This document shows, piece after piece, positions 15,350-30,210 of a DNA stretch of 64,000 nt. The stretch spans positions 434,001 to 498,000 of the forward strand of contig OZ024750.1 of NCBI GenBank assembly GCA_964016885.1. The letters run 5' to 3'. Positions within the stretch are counted from its first letter, which is position 1. Every line of letters begins with the position of its first letter. Both the position numbers and the translations under genes were made by a program. The stretch comes from Eledone cirrhosa (Eukaryota). The notes under the pieces are model-generated. The model made no database searches and was not told the DNA's origin. It worked only from the letters and a program-made list of their open reading frames with translations.

Positions 15350-16799
15350 TTATATAGTTTCATCATACTAAAACACGATCGTACTCGATACACCTATATA
15401 TTAACATGTGCAAAGTCTGATTTCTGTATATGTGGCAACTAGGATAACAAACCCATAACTGGTTGAGTACTGTCGAACAGATAAGGTTGTCTCTACGAAG
15501 CCGTTTGTAATCGTGGTTATTGCACACAGACACACACACATATATATATATACACACATAGTGCGTATGTGTGATAATGCGTTACCCACGCACAATATTC
15601 ACATCGAATTGACTAGAAACTATAATGCAATATATTTACTGTTTTAACAGTAGTGGTGGAATGTCTCCGATAGTAGCGAACCTAACTACTTGCCTCGCTT
15701 TATGTAATTTAGTTTTGATACCTCGTTCATTCTGATGTCTGATCCATTTTGTTTTTGAATTATCCAAGCTAGGTACCAGCAAGAACCTATTTAATAGACC
15801 GTTTTCACGCATGTCCTACCAAATTGTAGTTAAAAAACTTTGGGTAGTTACTGTGTGTTTTTTATATGAAGTGACGTGGGTTTCAGTGAGAAACTTATAA
15901 ATCACCGAATGTATAGTGTTTAATGATTGATTTGTTTTCCTTGGACATTCCTTAAAAGAACAATATTCTGTTGTAGAAATGCAACCATAATCATCTACTT
16001 GATTTGTTATTTGATGTAAGCCGCCAGAGTATTTTGAAAAATTCCCTTTGTTGTCTTATGCAACAGAACAGTCGTCACTCAATTTTTCATGTTTTATAGT
16101 CATACCTCGGTAGTAAAATACCCCACAGTACTGGTGTTTCAATTTTGTTCTGTTGGATATCAGCTGTGTGCTGCCTTTGTCTCTTAGAGGCTGTCACTTG
16201 ATTGATCGAAATATCGGTGTTTTATTGTACGTATACATAGATCAAAGAACTTCGTGATAAAATGAAATAAGTCTACAAAGATGTATAAGAATAATTAACC
16301 CTTTTGATTGCAACCCACGAAAACTGGCTCTGATTCTATGAAACAAAACTATTTTAAAGGGCTCCTGGATGTTCATGTGTAAATTCTGTCTTAAGGGAAC
16401 TGTCCAGTTCTACCTTTCTGTACAGTATTTACATTATTTTTAGGATTATTTACCCCCACTTTGCAGCAACCTGCTTGCTTTGCCTTACACATAACAGGTT
16501 TATATTCCCATCTTACATCTCCTTCCACCCCCAACACATATACTCAAACCGTTTGGCATCCACTGACTGATAAGGTGCTTTTCTATCAAACACGGTAGAT
16601 TTAGTTACTTCGCTGAAACGTTCAGCTTGAATCTTCAAGTGGTAAATCCATACAAACAACTCAGATTAAAAGAGTTAATTCATTAAACCAACTGTAGAAA
16701 GTATTATACATCAGTGGTTCATCTATTCTTAGCAGAGTGTAAAAAAAACGGCAAGATAAAATATAGAGTTTCAATATCTTACATATTAATTTATGATTT

Positions 16800-16995
16800 A
16801 CACGTATATACTCGAATATAAGTCGGGGAATTTGTGACCAAAAAATCAATGGTAGAAGGCGTCGGATTATATTCGGGGTCACATTCTGCGTAAATAAGGT
16901 TTGGATGTTTGCCCATTTCTCGGGCATAAAATAGTGGGGTTGGCTTATATTTGTATCGACGTATGTTTGAGTATTTGCGATATACGCGAGTGTTC
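16800..16995. mobile_element. Tc1/mariner-type MITE, family of 30211-30399
   Basis: Begins cgtatatactcgaatataag and shares internal sequence with 30211-30399 and 38035-38225. Confidence 0.6.
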
Positions 16996-17739
16996 GTGTT
17001 AATTTGTGATAGTTTCTCCTGAAAATATAGTATATCATTGACAACATTGTCTAATGTGCCTTTTTTTTTAGATATCACATTTGACTATTATTTTCTAATT
17101 GTTGACGTGTTTTCTGTATTAAAGGTGTTAAAAAAGACTGATACTCATGTTTTTATTTTCTAATAATTATTTTTATATGAGCAAAGATTGTGTTCGGATG
17201 GGTGCGTGCGTTATTTTGTGCAGGGCTGGTTAAATTCCGGACTATATATTGACCAATTTTATATTGTGTATTTCATATTTACTCTGCTTGTTTGAAGAGG
17301 GGAAAGTGTCTTCTAAGGCTGACCAATGGCTTGAGAGTGAAATTTGGTAGAGGGAAACTGTATGGAAGCCCATTGTGTGTCTGTTTCTATGTGTCTTCAC
17401 ATTGACTCTGCTTGGGCAATGGGTGGCTTTTGTTTATGTCCTGCATAAAGTACTCTGGCTCATTGTGTGAAGTAGGAGTCAGCTTCAGGAAGGTGATTCA
17501 GTCATGGAATACTGCCTGAAAAAAACTTTGTTCAACCTTTGCCTGCATAGAAAGCAGATATAATAACGATGATGGTGATGATTGCGAGTTTAACCAGACA
17601 TGCATGCTTGTGTGTGTATGTGTCACAAAATAGGTGTTAAGTCAATATTGGAGTGGATGTTAACATAGTCCCTGTCTAAAGAACACATCTGATTAACAAT
17701 TTTGGAAAAGAAACCTACCAGTATGTCACCAATCCTCAT

Positions 17740-18140
17740 GGTCTTTTGTCATCTCTGACATGAGGTTCAGCTTCTTATTGTCAGTCTTCACTACTTCAAA
17801 CCAATGTTTTCCTAGGTCTACCTCTTCCAAGAGTCCCACCCACTAAGGTTTCTCTGCATTTTTTCCATACAGCTGTCATCTTCCATACACATCACATATG
17901 CAAACCAATGCAGTCATAGCTCTGCACACTGCATCGGATTTCTCTAATAGTTTTTCTCTTGGTTCACCTATGCTGCAATGCACATGCACATGAACATTAC
18001 ACATCCACTTGAGCATATTTACTTCATTTCATTCCAGCTTTCACGGATTTTTTGTTGTCAAATTGCATATCTTACCTCCATATAGCATTGCAGGCTGCAT
18101 ACAGGCATCATGCAGTCTACCCTTCACTCTGAGGAGCCAT
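17740..18140 (-). mobile_element. RTE LINE 3' fragment
   Basis: The minus strand reads ..RVKGRLHDACMQPAMLYGG.. and ..GRGRPRKTLV.., homologous to 26250-26995. Confidence 0.7.
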
Positions 18141-18586
18141 CATGAAGTCTACCTTTCACTCCGAGAGAGGGCATCATGCTATCTACCCTTCACTCTGAGA
18201 GGCCATCATGCTATCTACCCTTCACTCTGAGAGGCCATCATGCTATCTACCCTTCACTCTGAGAGGCCATCATGCTATCTGCCCTTCACTCTGAGAGGCC
18301 ATCATGCTATCTGCCCTTCACTCTGAGAGGCCATCATGCTATCTACCCTTCACTCTGAGAGGCCATCATGCTATCTGCCCTTCACTCTGAGAGGCCATCA
18401 TGCTATCTGCCCTTCACTCTGAGAGGCCATCATGAAGTCTACCCTTCACTCTGAGAGGGCATCATGCTATCTGCCCTTCACTCCGAGAGGCCATCATGCT
18501 ATCTACCCTTCACTCTGAGAGGCCATCATGCTATCTGCCCTTCACTCTGAGAGGCCATCATGAAGTCTACCCTTCACTCTGAGAGA
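18105..18586. repeat. 32-bp minisatellite, about 15 copies
   Basis: Unit catcatgctatctacccttcactctgagaggc. Confidence 0.93.
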
Positions 18587-18854
18587 ATTTCATTGTCTTG
18601 GACCTTTACCAGATTTCAATCCCCTGTGAAGATATCTTCCTATAAATCTGTATCTTTGTGAAAATAGGTCACATATCATGAATCAGAGGCCAATATTTTG
18701 TATATTACCAAAGAGTGATGACATAGGTTTGAGTTATAACTTTATGATTTGTTGGAGGTTTGTAATAATTGTTTCTTTGAATATATTTCTCTCTGAATCT
18801 ACTGCTGCAAACACAAACATTACCAATATAATAGCTGTACAAATACTATTAATA

Positions 18855-19040
18855 ATTGTTTCTTCGTTTGGCACAAGGCCAGTAATTACGCAGTGCATTA
18901 CTGGTACTTTATTTTATCAACCCCGTAAGGATGAAAGACAAAGTTAACATCGGCGGGATTTGAACTCAGAATGGCAAGGGCCGTAACTCTATGCGTCAAA
19001 GCATGCCGTCCGACTCTCTACTGATACTGCCAATCCAACT
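18855..19040 (-). mobile_element. tRNA-derived SINE (major family in window)
   Basis: Reverse complement of the consensus ggattggcagtatc..ctgagttcaaatcccgcc..gcctttcatccttacggggtcgataaaataaagtaccag..ggccttgtgcc. Confidence 0.8.
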
Positions 19041-22000
19041 GCTGCTAATGGTTGTCTATACTACTGTTATCATGATCAGTTGGTGAGTGAGTCCCTTCCT
19101 GGTCATTTGACCTACTAGAAATAGCAAAGCAAAGAATCGCTGGACAAATTTTACAGGCAAAGCCAACTGATAAGAGACCTGGATGTAGACCACAAGCAAG
19201 ATGGATGGATAACATCTTTAAGCTTCATTAGTCTTGGTTGGGGGTCCAGCCAGATTATTTGAAGATGGTTGCTTCTAGTGACTCACAAGTCATTGGGCTC
19301 AAACTAAAACTACAGTGGGTGAAAGTTTCTGAAAATGCCAAGTAGATTTCAACAAATTTTTATCTTCCTATAAGCTAGTGGTTCCCAACCATTTCATTAC
19401 CAAGGACTCCATTTATTTAAATTAATTTTCCATAGGATCATCAAGCTCTGGAAAGGTTTATTGAACAAACTCCAAATTCTCTAGTATTATCTTTACAAAC
19501 TCCTCAGCTTATATTCAAGTATATACAGTAAATCTTAAGTTTTCAACTGTGAGGGTAAATTTCCTAACACCATATAACAGGCTAAATATTCTATTTCAAA
19601 TATAAACTATTGTGTTTTAACAGTGAAAGTGCTTGGCATTCTGGTGGTGGAGGTTGGTGGGGGTTAAAAATAACCATTAAAAAATAGTTCATTCTAGATT
19701 TTATATTCTCATATTACATTTAAAAAAAATATCTTTGTGAAAGACACAAAACAGTTATATAATATATAATTATTCACAAATTTTCTGGCATAGAATATTG
19801 CATTTTATTAAAATAAATAAACTAATAATGTAAAGATATAATAATTCTTCCCCAACGTTTTTGTTTTATCTAATTCTTAGCATTACTATTTGTTTTCTAC
19901 TCTTTGAAAGTAACATAGTTTTTGATATTTCCTTTTATCATGATGTCAGTAAACTCATATTTTATTAATAGTAACTACTATCTGGCAATGTTCCAAATCC
20001 ATCTCGAGATGTTCACATCCCTGCTACCTGTGATTTTTCTTTTTTTCTTATGCAACAACATAAAATTGTTATTGCATATGTATAATTGCTTGCTGCAAAG
20101 ATGTTGCTATTTTAGTCGATCTACTTTCCTTCAGAATTTGAATGTCCATACGCTTGAATTGTTTTTACAGAAATCAAACTTCCCAAATGGTCAAATTGTA
20201 TTTGTTTCTGAAGAATTTTATTTATATGATTCTTGTGTTTATAGGGCAGCGAATTGGTAGAGTCGTTAGAACGTCGGATAGAGTGCTTTATGGTATTCAT
20301 TCCGGCCCTCTGCTCTCTGAGTTCAAATCCAGCCGAGGTTATAAAAAAAATACCATTCTAGTACTGGGGTCGATTCTTCCTCTATATCTTTGTCATTTCC
20401 TCTCTCTATCTTTCTCTGGAAGAAATCTGCTGTACTTGAGAGGGATGGGCTCCGCCAGGCTTTAAATGTCCAAGAAACGCGGTATATCAATACGGCATCC
20501 CTACGACTTCCCCAGGAGTTAGGGGACCATACCATACACGTGTTTATGCTCCCATCTTAGAACTGCTTAACTTAGAATTTGTCTTGGAAAGAATATTATC
20601 TCCCTTTAATTTGTTTTCTCTTCAGTAGTTTTAATTTAGTTGAAAGATGTTTATTTTTTATTGATAATAATTGACTTTCTAAAGACGGCAGATAAGAATG
20701 TGGATTTAAAAAAAAAGAAAATCTCCAGCTTATGATGTTTGATTAAAAGGAATTAAAATATTTCAGAAAGTAATAAAATTATTTGTTTATGCACGCGCGC
20801 GTTGACTCCTGCTTAATTTGGCTGGCCATCAAGTTATCGAAGTCTGGAGTCATCACACCAGTAAATCTTTCTTGTTATATTTCATTATTAACCCTTTTCT
20901 TACCATAGTTCTAGGGGGAAGGACATCCAGCCGTAGAAACCAAGCCAGAATCAGTTCTATATGAGCAAGACACGGTCATCTGATCTGGTTTTACACAGGA
21001 CAATTCGTCTTCGTAATTTTAATTGATTATAATTGCTTAGATTACTACATCAAGTTTTCATGCAGCAGGCGTCCCTATGTATGTTACGCCCTAGTCATCA
21101 TTATTTTGTGTTCATTCAGAAAAAGCCTTTGTACTTATTTAATCATCTATGATCGTCAGTAACAGTTAAACTGTTTTACTAAGAAAGTTGAAAATTGTCC
21201 ACAGTTCATTTACTTTCCATTGAAGTCCACAAGTTGTCTCCCCTGCTTCGTTGTTTTTCTTTTTACTAGAATTAGTTGCATAATAATTGACTTTTTTTTC
21301 TTTTACTTCACAACACACCACCTGTTTTCTGCCATTGATTTGGGTTGGTCATAAATCCCTTCAAATTCTCCTATATTAATTAATTCAGGTGCATTATATT
21401 TAATTAGAAATATAGTATTGAAACGGTTAATTCCTTTTACAAATGGCCAACAATTTTACCATTATCTACTTAACCTTTCTCCATAAATTACTTTGTTACT
21501 ATTTTAATTATCACAGAATAATTCTTTAATAAGAAATACTTAATCGTAAGTTAATCTTATTAAATTATATCTAACATATATTGACGAGTTGTAGTGCACC
21601 TGAGCACTTTACACAATAATTTCATTATTATTATTATATATATATATATAAAAGAAAACTAATGCGTGCCATAATCTTGGCATGGTTTTAGTGGCTGGAT
21701 GCCCATCCATAGATCAACCAGAGAGGCTATCTGTTAAGTCTGAAATATCTCTTCTAGTTTGTGTCAGTTTTAGGGTTACTACTCTCCTAGATTAGTATCT
21801 TTGCTATGGCTTATGGAGTCCACGGTTCCTCTGTGTAAGTATTTAGAGTTATAAGTGGTCTTGTCCACATTTCACAATCATTCCTCTTTCTCTAACAGTT
21901 GCCTCTTTATACTAACAATCACTAATAGTAACTATCTTGCCAATTTTTTTTTCTTTTAGAGATGCAATAGTTGCAGTGGACTATATGAAGAAAAAATAAT

Positions 22001-23235
22001 ACATATTCTCAGTTGACCCTTTCATTGTACACAGCTGTCACAGTAGGTGATTCCCCACCCTCCTTCTGTTATTCAATAAAAGTGGTACTTGCTTTCTCTT
22101 CAGTGTTCAAGACTGCTTTGAACCCAAATGGAAAGTAGAAACAGTTGTTGACAACGAACTTGACATTCGTCAGGCCTGTCTTGTTAGGTATGTCTTGCTC
22201 GTCACTGCATGCTCTCTTATTAGCAGTTCTAGTTTCAATGCAAAACATGTGATGTTGCTCCTCTGGGTATGCTGATCCCTATTTTGCCCTCAGTTTCACT
22301 TGTTTGTTTTGTTCTGTTGTTCTAATAGAAAATCAGATTTTATTTATGCCATCATTAAGTTTAAGGATTTAAGGGCAGCATATTTAAGAAGAGTAGAAAC
22401 TCTGGTTTGTGTCTAGGTGAAATTCATGTGAAATGAGGTGAAAACTTACAAGGCACTTTTTATTCCAATATATTGTAGATAATCTTTCTGTAGCATCCAT
22501 AGTAGAGTTGGTTTCAAGTTAAACACCTATTGTTTGTTTTAACTTAGTAGGAATGTTTTTTTCTTTAGTCTCACTAATAAACAAGAGAAATCTTTGTTGA
22601 CATGGATTTATGATGTTTTTGTTATAAACTAGCTTCTTTATTCATATTAACTATAGTTACCATTCAGAATGGGAGAGCATGCACAGGCATTTGAGTTCCA
22701 AACCTGTTTTGGTGCTGAAAGAAGACATACACAGAAACACATTGGGGGAGAGAGAGTGAAAGAACAATTTAGATGTTACATATAAAATACAATGCATACA
22801 TATGCAGGGACAGACACACGCAGATAGAATGGATCACCATTGGTTTTGAGAATGAGTGTTCCAGTTGTTCAATTAACAGAACAGCCTGCTTGTAAAATTA
22901 ACATGTAAGTGGCTGAGCATTCATTTGGTATATGGATGTTCAGCACAAAGCTGACTATTTAAATTATAGGTACAATCCATCCAATTAGATTCAAACAGTT
23001 CCTGTCTACCCAATTCCCCTCACAGTGCAAGTGTTTGTCCTGAGGCTATGATAAATGACATTTGCCCTTGATGCCACACAATGGAATCAAACTGGGACCT
23101 AATGAATTCGAGGTAAACTTCTTAACCACTCAGTTATGCTCCATTTACAATACGAAGAGAGATGAATAGTTTCATAGAAGTTTGTTGTGATATGGAATTA
23201 AACCTAATTTTCTCACCAAAACATCCTGATAGGTT

Positions 23236-23372
23236 TTGCACCACATCAATGGGGTCTAGTTGGGTCTAGTTGGGTCTAGTCAACTGCACCACATCAATGG
23301 GGTCTAGTCAACTGTACCACATCAATGGGGTCTAGTCAACTGTACCACATCAGTGGGGTCTAGTCAACTGCA
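23236..23372. repeat. 28-bp tandem repeat, about 4 copies
   Basis: Unit gtaccacatcaatggggtctagtcaact. Confidence 0.85.
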
Positions 23373-24064
23373 CTAAAATGTACCTAACCTGTTACCAATA
23401 AAGAGCAAATTGAAATTCTACTAATTCACTTTTGGTCTGTGTGTACATATGTCTGTGTCAGTCAGTGTGTCTGTGTATGTGTCCCTGTCTGTGTGTCTGT
23501 CTCTGTATTTGTCTGTGTCTGCCGCTGTGTGTGTCTGTCTCTGTATGTGTGTGCATGAAAAAATCAGGTTTTAATGTGAAGTTAATTTCTTATCCTTGTT
23601 ACCATCGATAACTTTTATTTATTCATTATTATTTCATGTTACTCTTCATATTAACACTTAATGTCCTCTACCACATAAAACCACAGTAAAATATTCTTGA
23701 AAAGTACAAAACCCCCTGTGAATCTGTCATATTAAAAAATGAGTCTTTACTATACATTTTTGAAACAGTCTGTCCACTCGTAAAGAGACTATAAACATTT
23801 GAATTAACAAACCCATTTTAAAATACTTTATACTATGTCATGACAGGTTGTTACGAGTTAAAGGCTGTGAAATAGCTGAAGCAGTTGGTAGTGTATTGAA
23901 CAATGTCTTGCAGTGTTTAGATGTTGACTTGTATATTCTGCAGTCAAACACCCATCAATATCGACTTTGCCTTCCAGTATAGAAATGTCTAGTCAGACCA
24001 CTGAAACTCAATTTAACCCTTTTTCACTCATAACTATTTTTTTTAAATATAGTTACAAAATACT

Positions 24065-24347
<283 letters not shown>

Positions 24348-24350
<3 letters not shown>

Positions 24351-24675
24351 TTAGTGGTTAGAGCATTGGCCTTGCAATTGAAAGGTTGTGAGTTCAATTC
24401 TCAGACTGGGTGATGTGTTGTTTCCTTGAGCAAGACACTTTATTTCACATTGCTCCAGTTTACTCAGCTGTAGAAATGAGATGATAGGGACTGGGGTCTA
24501 TATCATTCCACTGCAAAGTGGTCGTGGAGGTGCCATGGCAAAAAAGCACTCAGCACTCACTGTAAATGAGGTTGGTGTTAGGAAGGGCATCCAGCTGTAG
24601 AAATCAAGCCAGAATCAGTTCCCGTCCCACCCTTGCAAGCAGGGAAAAAGCGGACGTAAAATGAAATGATGATGA
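24348..24675 (+). mobile_element. Composite tRNA-SINE with RTE-like tail
   Basis: A/B-box head (tggcttagtggttagagc...gagttcaattc), a central domain and a (GAT)n tail. Reverse complement of about 520-885. Confidence 0.75.
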
Positions 24676-24902
24676 TGATACACACACATACAATATAATG
24701 CAACTTTCAAAATGTTTTGATTTTCCCTTTCTTGTACGATTTTTTTTTCGCTTTTGTTTTATTACTGATATAAAGGCATTGTTTACTATTGTTAGGTAAC
24801 CTTGTCTATCTTGTTTGAGCAGACTTTTGTTACACAACTACCCAACTAAATACTTTGGAATATTCAATCAAATTTCTATCGAGAATTATCTATTATTGCG
24901 TA

Positions 24903-25099
24903 CAAGGGTCAGCTGAAAAGTTCATAGGCTGACCAAGATACTCATGGAATAACCAAAATGAGGTTTATTTTTCAATGTAGTACCTGGAAAGAAACAATGC
25001 AGTTATTAATAAGAAGAGTTGAAATTAATGCATGCAAGATTTCACAACGCTAGCATCACTCCTTCGTAGTCAGCCTATCAATTTTTCAGCCCACCATTG
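24903..25099. mobile_element. Mariner-type MITE
   Basis: TIRs caagggtcagctgaaaagttcataggctgac / gtcagcctatcaatttttcagcccaccattg with TA flanks. Partial copies near 8307-8408, 33041-33213, 37473-37505 and 57765-57870. Confidence 0.75.
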
Positions 25100-25884
25100 T
25101 ATATGTATTGTTATGATGCACATTATTCCTATGTTTAAAAATTGTCAAGACATTAATAACAGATTCCATTGCTACACCGTGGAAGGTAAGTGACTTTCCA
25201 TCACTATTTCAATTGATTGTTACATAATGCTGTCCACCTGGATTACAAATTTATGTACCTTTTTATTTGTTTGACTTGGAATAATACATAATGAAAATAG
25301 TCCAATGTTGATAATAAAAACAACAAAAGAGGGGGAAAAGGTAAGGATTGTTAAGCAACAGAAGAAAAGGGGAGGGGAGAGAGTGGCAGACTCTACACCT
25401 AAGTCAGAGTGGTGTTTCAGCTCTGCCATGTGGACAAAAAGGGCAAAGGCATTTCTGTGGACAATGGCCAGCGACACCCAGTGCAACAACCACCCCACCT
25501 CATGGGGTTCTTTCCTCAGACGGGTTACTGTCATAACAATTTGGAATTGTTTCTAAGTATTTTATACACACATATATATATATTGGAAAATGTGTGAGAT
25601 CCTTGGTACAGTTAGGTATATTTGAAAAAAAGAAAAGAATGACTTTACTTGTAGTGTTGAAAAATGTTTGATTTAATTTTATATTATTATAATATTATGG
25701 GTTGGTAGATCCAGTAAGTTCTTTGTTAACTTCGGTGGGAAGAATTTTAAAGATTTCTGGTTAACTTGGGTTGGAGAACTTTCTCGCATTTGTCTGTCTG
25801 AGATCTCAGTCATTCTTTTCCTTTTTTTCAAATATATATATATACATGTATTTTATACATATATATATATATACATGTATTCAT

Positions 25885-26995
25885 CATCATCATCATCGTT
25901 TAACGTCCATCTTCCACGCTAGCATGGGTTTGGACGGGAATTTTCCCACTTGAGGCAAGATTGGTTGTCTTGCTTGTATAGGACTGTCTGACAGGTTTTC
26001 TACGGCTGGATGCCCTTCCTAACACCAACCACTTTTACAGTGTGGACTGGGAGGTTTTTACCATGTTACCTACACAGCCACATTACAGCGTGGACTGTGT
26101 TTTTTTGTTGTGACACCTACGCGACCTCATTTATTTAGGACTGGATGGGGTGGGGGTAGTGGGACAGGGGTGTATTTTTGTTAAGAGGTGCCTACTGACT
26201 GTAGGTTTCGCTTTGTACTTAGGCAAGGCGGGTCTTCTGTATTACTGCGTAGCGCCAAAGATCTCGGTCCAGTGACATTGTCTTGGAGAGGTGTAAGTAT
26301 GTGAGGTCGGAATTTATCAAGTCGTCTCAGGTTTTTCTGGGTCTGCCTACTCTGTGGCTACCGTCTATTTTTATCGCCCTGCACTTTTTTATACAGCTGT
26401 CGTCTTTCATGCGCATCACGTGACCATACCAATGTAGTTTTCTCTCGAGTAAACAGCATCTGATCTCTCTTATTTCTCACTTAGTTCATTTATACTTTGC
26501 CGTTCACGTATATTACTATTACACATCCAACGGAGCATGCAAGCTTCGTTCCTCTCCAGTCTGCATATATCCTCTGCACACAATGCCCAAGTCTCACTGC
26601 CATGTAACATTGCTGTTCGTATGCAGGCATCATACAGCCTGCCCTTCATTTTTAGGGAGAAACCTTTAGCGGCCAATAGTAGTATAAGCTCTCTGAACTT
26701 TTTCCATCCCGTTCTGACTCGAGCTACTGTACTTTCAGAGCACCCTCCACCACTGCTGATTTTGTCACCCAGGTAACGGAAGGTGTCCACTATTTCTATA
26801 GAACTATCTGTGCAATGGAATGAGCTAGTGTTCTGTGGGCACTTGCTGCTACTTAGTGCACCTGAGCACTGGCCACATATAAAATCTATATTCTTAGTTA
26901 GCTTACCTGTGATCCCACTACATCTTTTATGCACCCATACTTTGCATTTGGGACATAAAATGGAGTTTCTGCCTACTCCTTTCCTACACACTATA
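25885..26995 (-). mobile_element. 5'-truncated RTE LINE (PHD-like Cys cluster, RT C-terminal region, 3' tail)
   Basis: ORF 26470-27111 contains CIVCRKGVGRNSILCPKCKVWVHKRCSG, FRYLG, ARVRTGWKKFREL and MLHGSETW. It continues with a frameshift to LHWYGHVMRM and ends in a (GAT)n tail near 25885. Confidence 0.85.
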
Positions 26996-28065
26996 CATAT
27001 ATATATACACACACACACCATCCTACCTATGTTTAGCCATTTACCTATAAAATAAAAGTATTTATAGTCAGCTCTGGTAACAGAGGGAATATTTTCAGCT
27101 CCTAGTGCCAACCAGCATCAGTAACCTGACACTTGGTTTTTGTTCTCTATCAATCATCTATTCTTTGGTTTAGAATCACCAAAATTAACCCCAAATTAAA
27201 CTCTGTATATGAAAATGAAATTATTTCTCTCTCTCTACCCATCTCCCCTCACTCCTCCTTCTGCCTCTCTTCTTCATCTCCCCCCCCACACTCTTTCTCA
27301 CTTTCTCTCTCCTTGTCTCTCTTCCCCCATCTCCCCACTCACTTTTCCCCCTTTCCCTCATCTTCACCTCTCCCCTTCTCCTCCCCCTCCCCCTCATCTT
27401 CACCCCTCTCTTTCTCACATATGAAAACAAATATACACTGCATCTATCATTTACTACTACCAAGTTATCCAACCAACAAAAATGTGATCCCTTTTGTTTT
27501 TGTTCAAAATAGACAATTGCCAGCTTTAGTGTCTGCTTCACAGAAACCTAGTAGCTAAGAAGTCCAAATTCTTTATGATTATAAAGTAATTTTATCTTTT
27601 ATCACTATCATCTAATGCTGGTGGCCTCAATACATTCTGTAAAGAGATTTTTGGCATGGTTTCTATGACTGGACGTTCTTCTTCACCCACTTATACAAGG
27701 GTGGTGGGGGACAGTCCTCAAACACTCCTTCCAGGGGTTCCTGTCGGAAGTAACTGTTTCCAAGCATGACCAGCCAAGCTCATGGATGTTATCCAGCCAT
27801 CTTGCTCAGGATCAACCTCTGGGTCTATTGCCAGTTGATTTTGCCTGTAAAATCTTTCCAGCGATTCTCTCCTGAAACATTCTAACCACATGCTTCAAAA
27901 TTCCTCCAAAAGTTTGGATATTTAAAAAATTAATTGAAACAGTTAGTCAGTATATTTCATTAGAACTATAGTAATGAAAGGGTTAAATCTTGTTTTATTT
28001 CAGATTTTACTTCTGTTATCCTTGTTTGTTTCTATGTTACTAATAAACTATTCTTTGTTTTCCAG

Positions 28066-28546
28066 TTGCATAAATAAATCTCGACTGAGGTTTGATATTG
28101 TTATACACTCAATGTTATCCATCCTCATGTTTATACGCCTTCTGCCCTGCATGGTTGCCTTTCTGGGAATTTCATCTCTGGAATCAATTCGCAAATGGGA
28201 TGTTCCGAATGCCAGACCGTGGGAATATATCTGGTTCATAAGCTCGTTAGCTGCCTACTTAGGATGGAAAGCAATGGCTAAGAATGAAATAGCCCTCATT
28301 AAACAATACGTTATTGGAACTGTTGTGTTTGGAGTTTTACCTGTCCTTTATGGATTTGTTGAGCAAGGAGATGACTTTTATGATTACATCATGAATAAAC
28401 AGCAATCATCCCAGATGCTTGGTTTTCCTGCTGTTCTTATCTGGTTTATGTTTTTGGCTATCTCAGCACAAATCCATGGTCTGGGCTTATATTTCTCTAT
28501 ACAATTAATCAAAGCCTGGAAACCCAGGAAAAAGAAAACGAAGTGA
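28066..28546 (+). CDS. JAGN1: Protein jagunal homolog 1, coding exon 2 (spliced protein 189 aa)
   Basis: Acceptor tctttgttttccag| is phase-compatible with exon 1 (AG+T = Ser). Contains the PWEY motif, four hydrophobic segments, AQIHG and a C-terminal KKKTK dilysine ER-retrieval signal. Confidence 0.93.
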
Positions 28547-29039
28547 CACTGATTAGCAGATGATACAACTTGAAATTTGATAAAAAAGAATAAAACAAAA
28601 ATAAAATAATATTTAAAAAAGACAGAAAACAAAATAAAACAAAACAAAAAAAAACGAAAATTTAATAAATAAATTCAATTCAAACATATTTCTATTAAAT
28701 ACATTTTATTTAATTTTTACATAAAAACTTATTTTGAAATAAACTTCTGAAAATTCAACTAAAATCCAAAACAACAGAAATTGGGAGAATTTAGCAGCTT
28801 CCAAAACCTTTGTTTCTATTTTACAGTGACACCTGGAACTTAACAGTATGATATTATGGTTTGACTATCACTGATAACAAGTTTCTCAACCTTAATATAG
28901 TGTTCTTTACTAACTCCCCATTTGTCATGCTTTTTTTTTTTATTATCTCTAATTCTTGTAATTTATTTTCATGTTAAAAACAAAAATCAAAAAGAAACAA
29001 AACGATTTGTAAAAAAAAAAACAAAAAAAAACAATCAAA

Positions 29040-29255
29040 AGTGTTGGATTGGCAGAATTAGTAGAGCGGCAGACATCACGCCTTGCAGCGTATTGTAATG
29101 TCCCTTTACATTCTGAGCTCAAATCCCGGCAGGGCTGGCTTTGCCTTTCATCCATACGAGGTCGATAAAATAAAGTACCAGTAACACACTGGGGTCGATT
29201 TGATCGACTTTCCCCTTCCCAAAATTGTTGGCCTTGTGCCTAAATCAGAAACCAC
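29040..29255 (+). mobile_element. tRNA-derived SINE
   Basis: Family consensus; a second copy follows at 29400-29582. Confidence 0.8.
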
Positions 29256-29399
29256 TATTATAACAATTATCTCTCTAATCTTTAATTTCCTGAATATCTT
29301 TTGTGTGTGAATGTATGATGACTTCAGGACAAAAATACATGTCACTTGTCAACATCTCATACTTTGTTTTGCTTCTGTTATTATTATTATTATTATAGT

Positions 29400-29582
29400 T
29401 GGATTGGCAGTATCAGTAGAGAGTCGGACGCCATGCTTTCCAGCATAGTTACGTCCCTTTACGGTCTGAGTTCAAATCCCGCCAAGGTTAACTTTGCCTT
29501 TCATCCTTACGGGGTCGATAAAATAAAGTACCAGTAATGTACTGGGTAATTGCTGGCCTTGTGCCAAAAGTAGAAACAATTA
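29400..29582 (+). mobile_element. tRNA-derived SINE
   Basis: Family consensus. Confidence 0.8.
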
Positions 29583-30210
29583 TTATTGTAGTTGGTTTAA
29601 TATTTTGCACATATTGCTTTAGAACAACTGATATGCTTCCATAAATTAGAACTTTGTTTTTATTTCATCATGGTTTTCTGATATATAGCATAATGTGTAA
29701 AGTGGTTGGCATTAAGTAGAGCAGCAAGCTGTTAGAAACAATACCCAAAAGGGAGCACTTTTAGTAAGGTGTGGTCCCCTGACCTGTCAAGAAGGATAGT
29801 AGTCTAGTAACTCTGATAAGGTACTAACTTGGTCAATAACATCCCGTCTAACCCATACCTCTATGGGAAATGGACGTAAAATGAGGATGAAAATATGATT
29901 TTTTTTTTTAAGGAAGTTTGCTTGTTGTCAGAGAAAAATGTTAAGGACAGCTCAAAATTTATAATTGTTGGAATTGCCTTCCTCTAAACATCCAAAATAT
30001 CTGTTGTAAATTTGAGATATAAAACAAGATTTCTTCATGACAACAATAGAATACTGCTCTTTTATTTAGTTAATTTTATTGGTATCCTCTAGTTCTAGTT
30101 CTGTTTAATGTACTATGGGTTGGGCAATAGAATATGTCTTTCTACAGTTTGGTTCACTTTTTAATATCTGTTAACATCACATCAAGTGACACTGTCTTAA
30201 TTTCCAACTA

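Noticed and set aside
20490-20575. Faint resemblance to reverse-complement 5S rRNA (ttcccagg...ctgcttaactt)
   Set aside because: Only two short words match and the spacing is wrong.
27974-28065. Signal-peptide-like N-terminus of the 190-aa ORF
   Set aside because: This is intronic pyrimidine-rich sequence; the real N-terminus is exon 1 at 9164.
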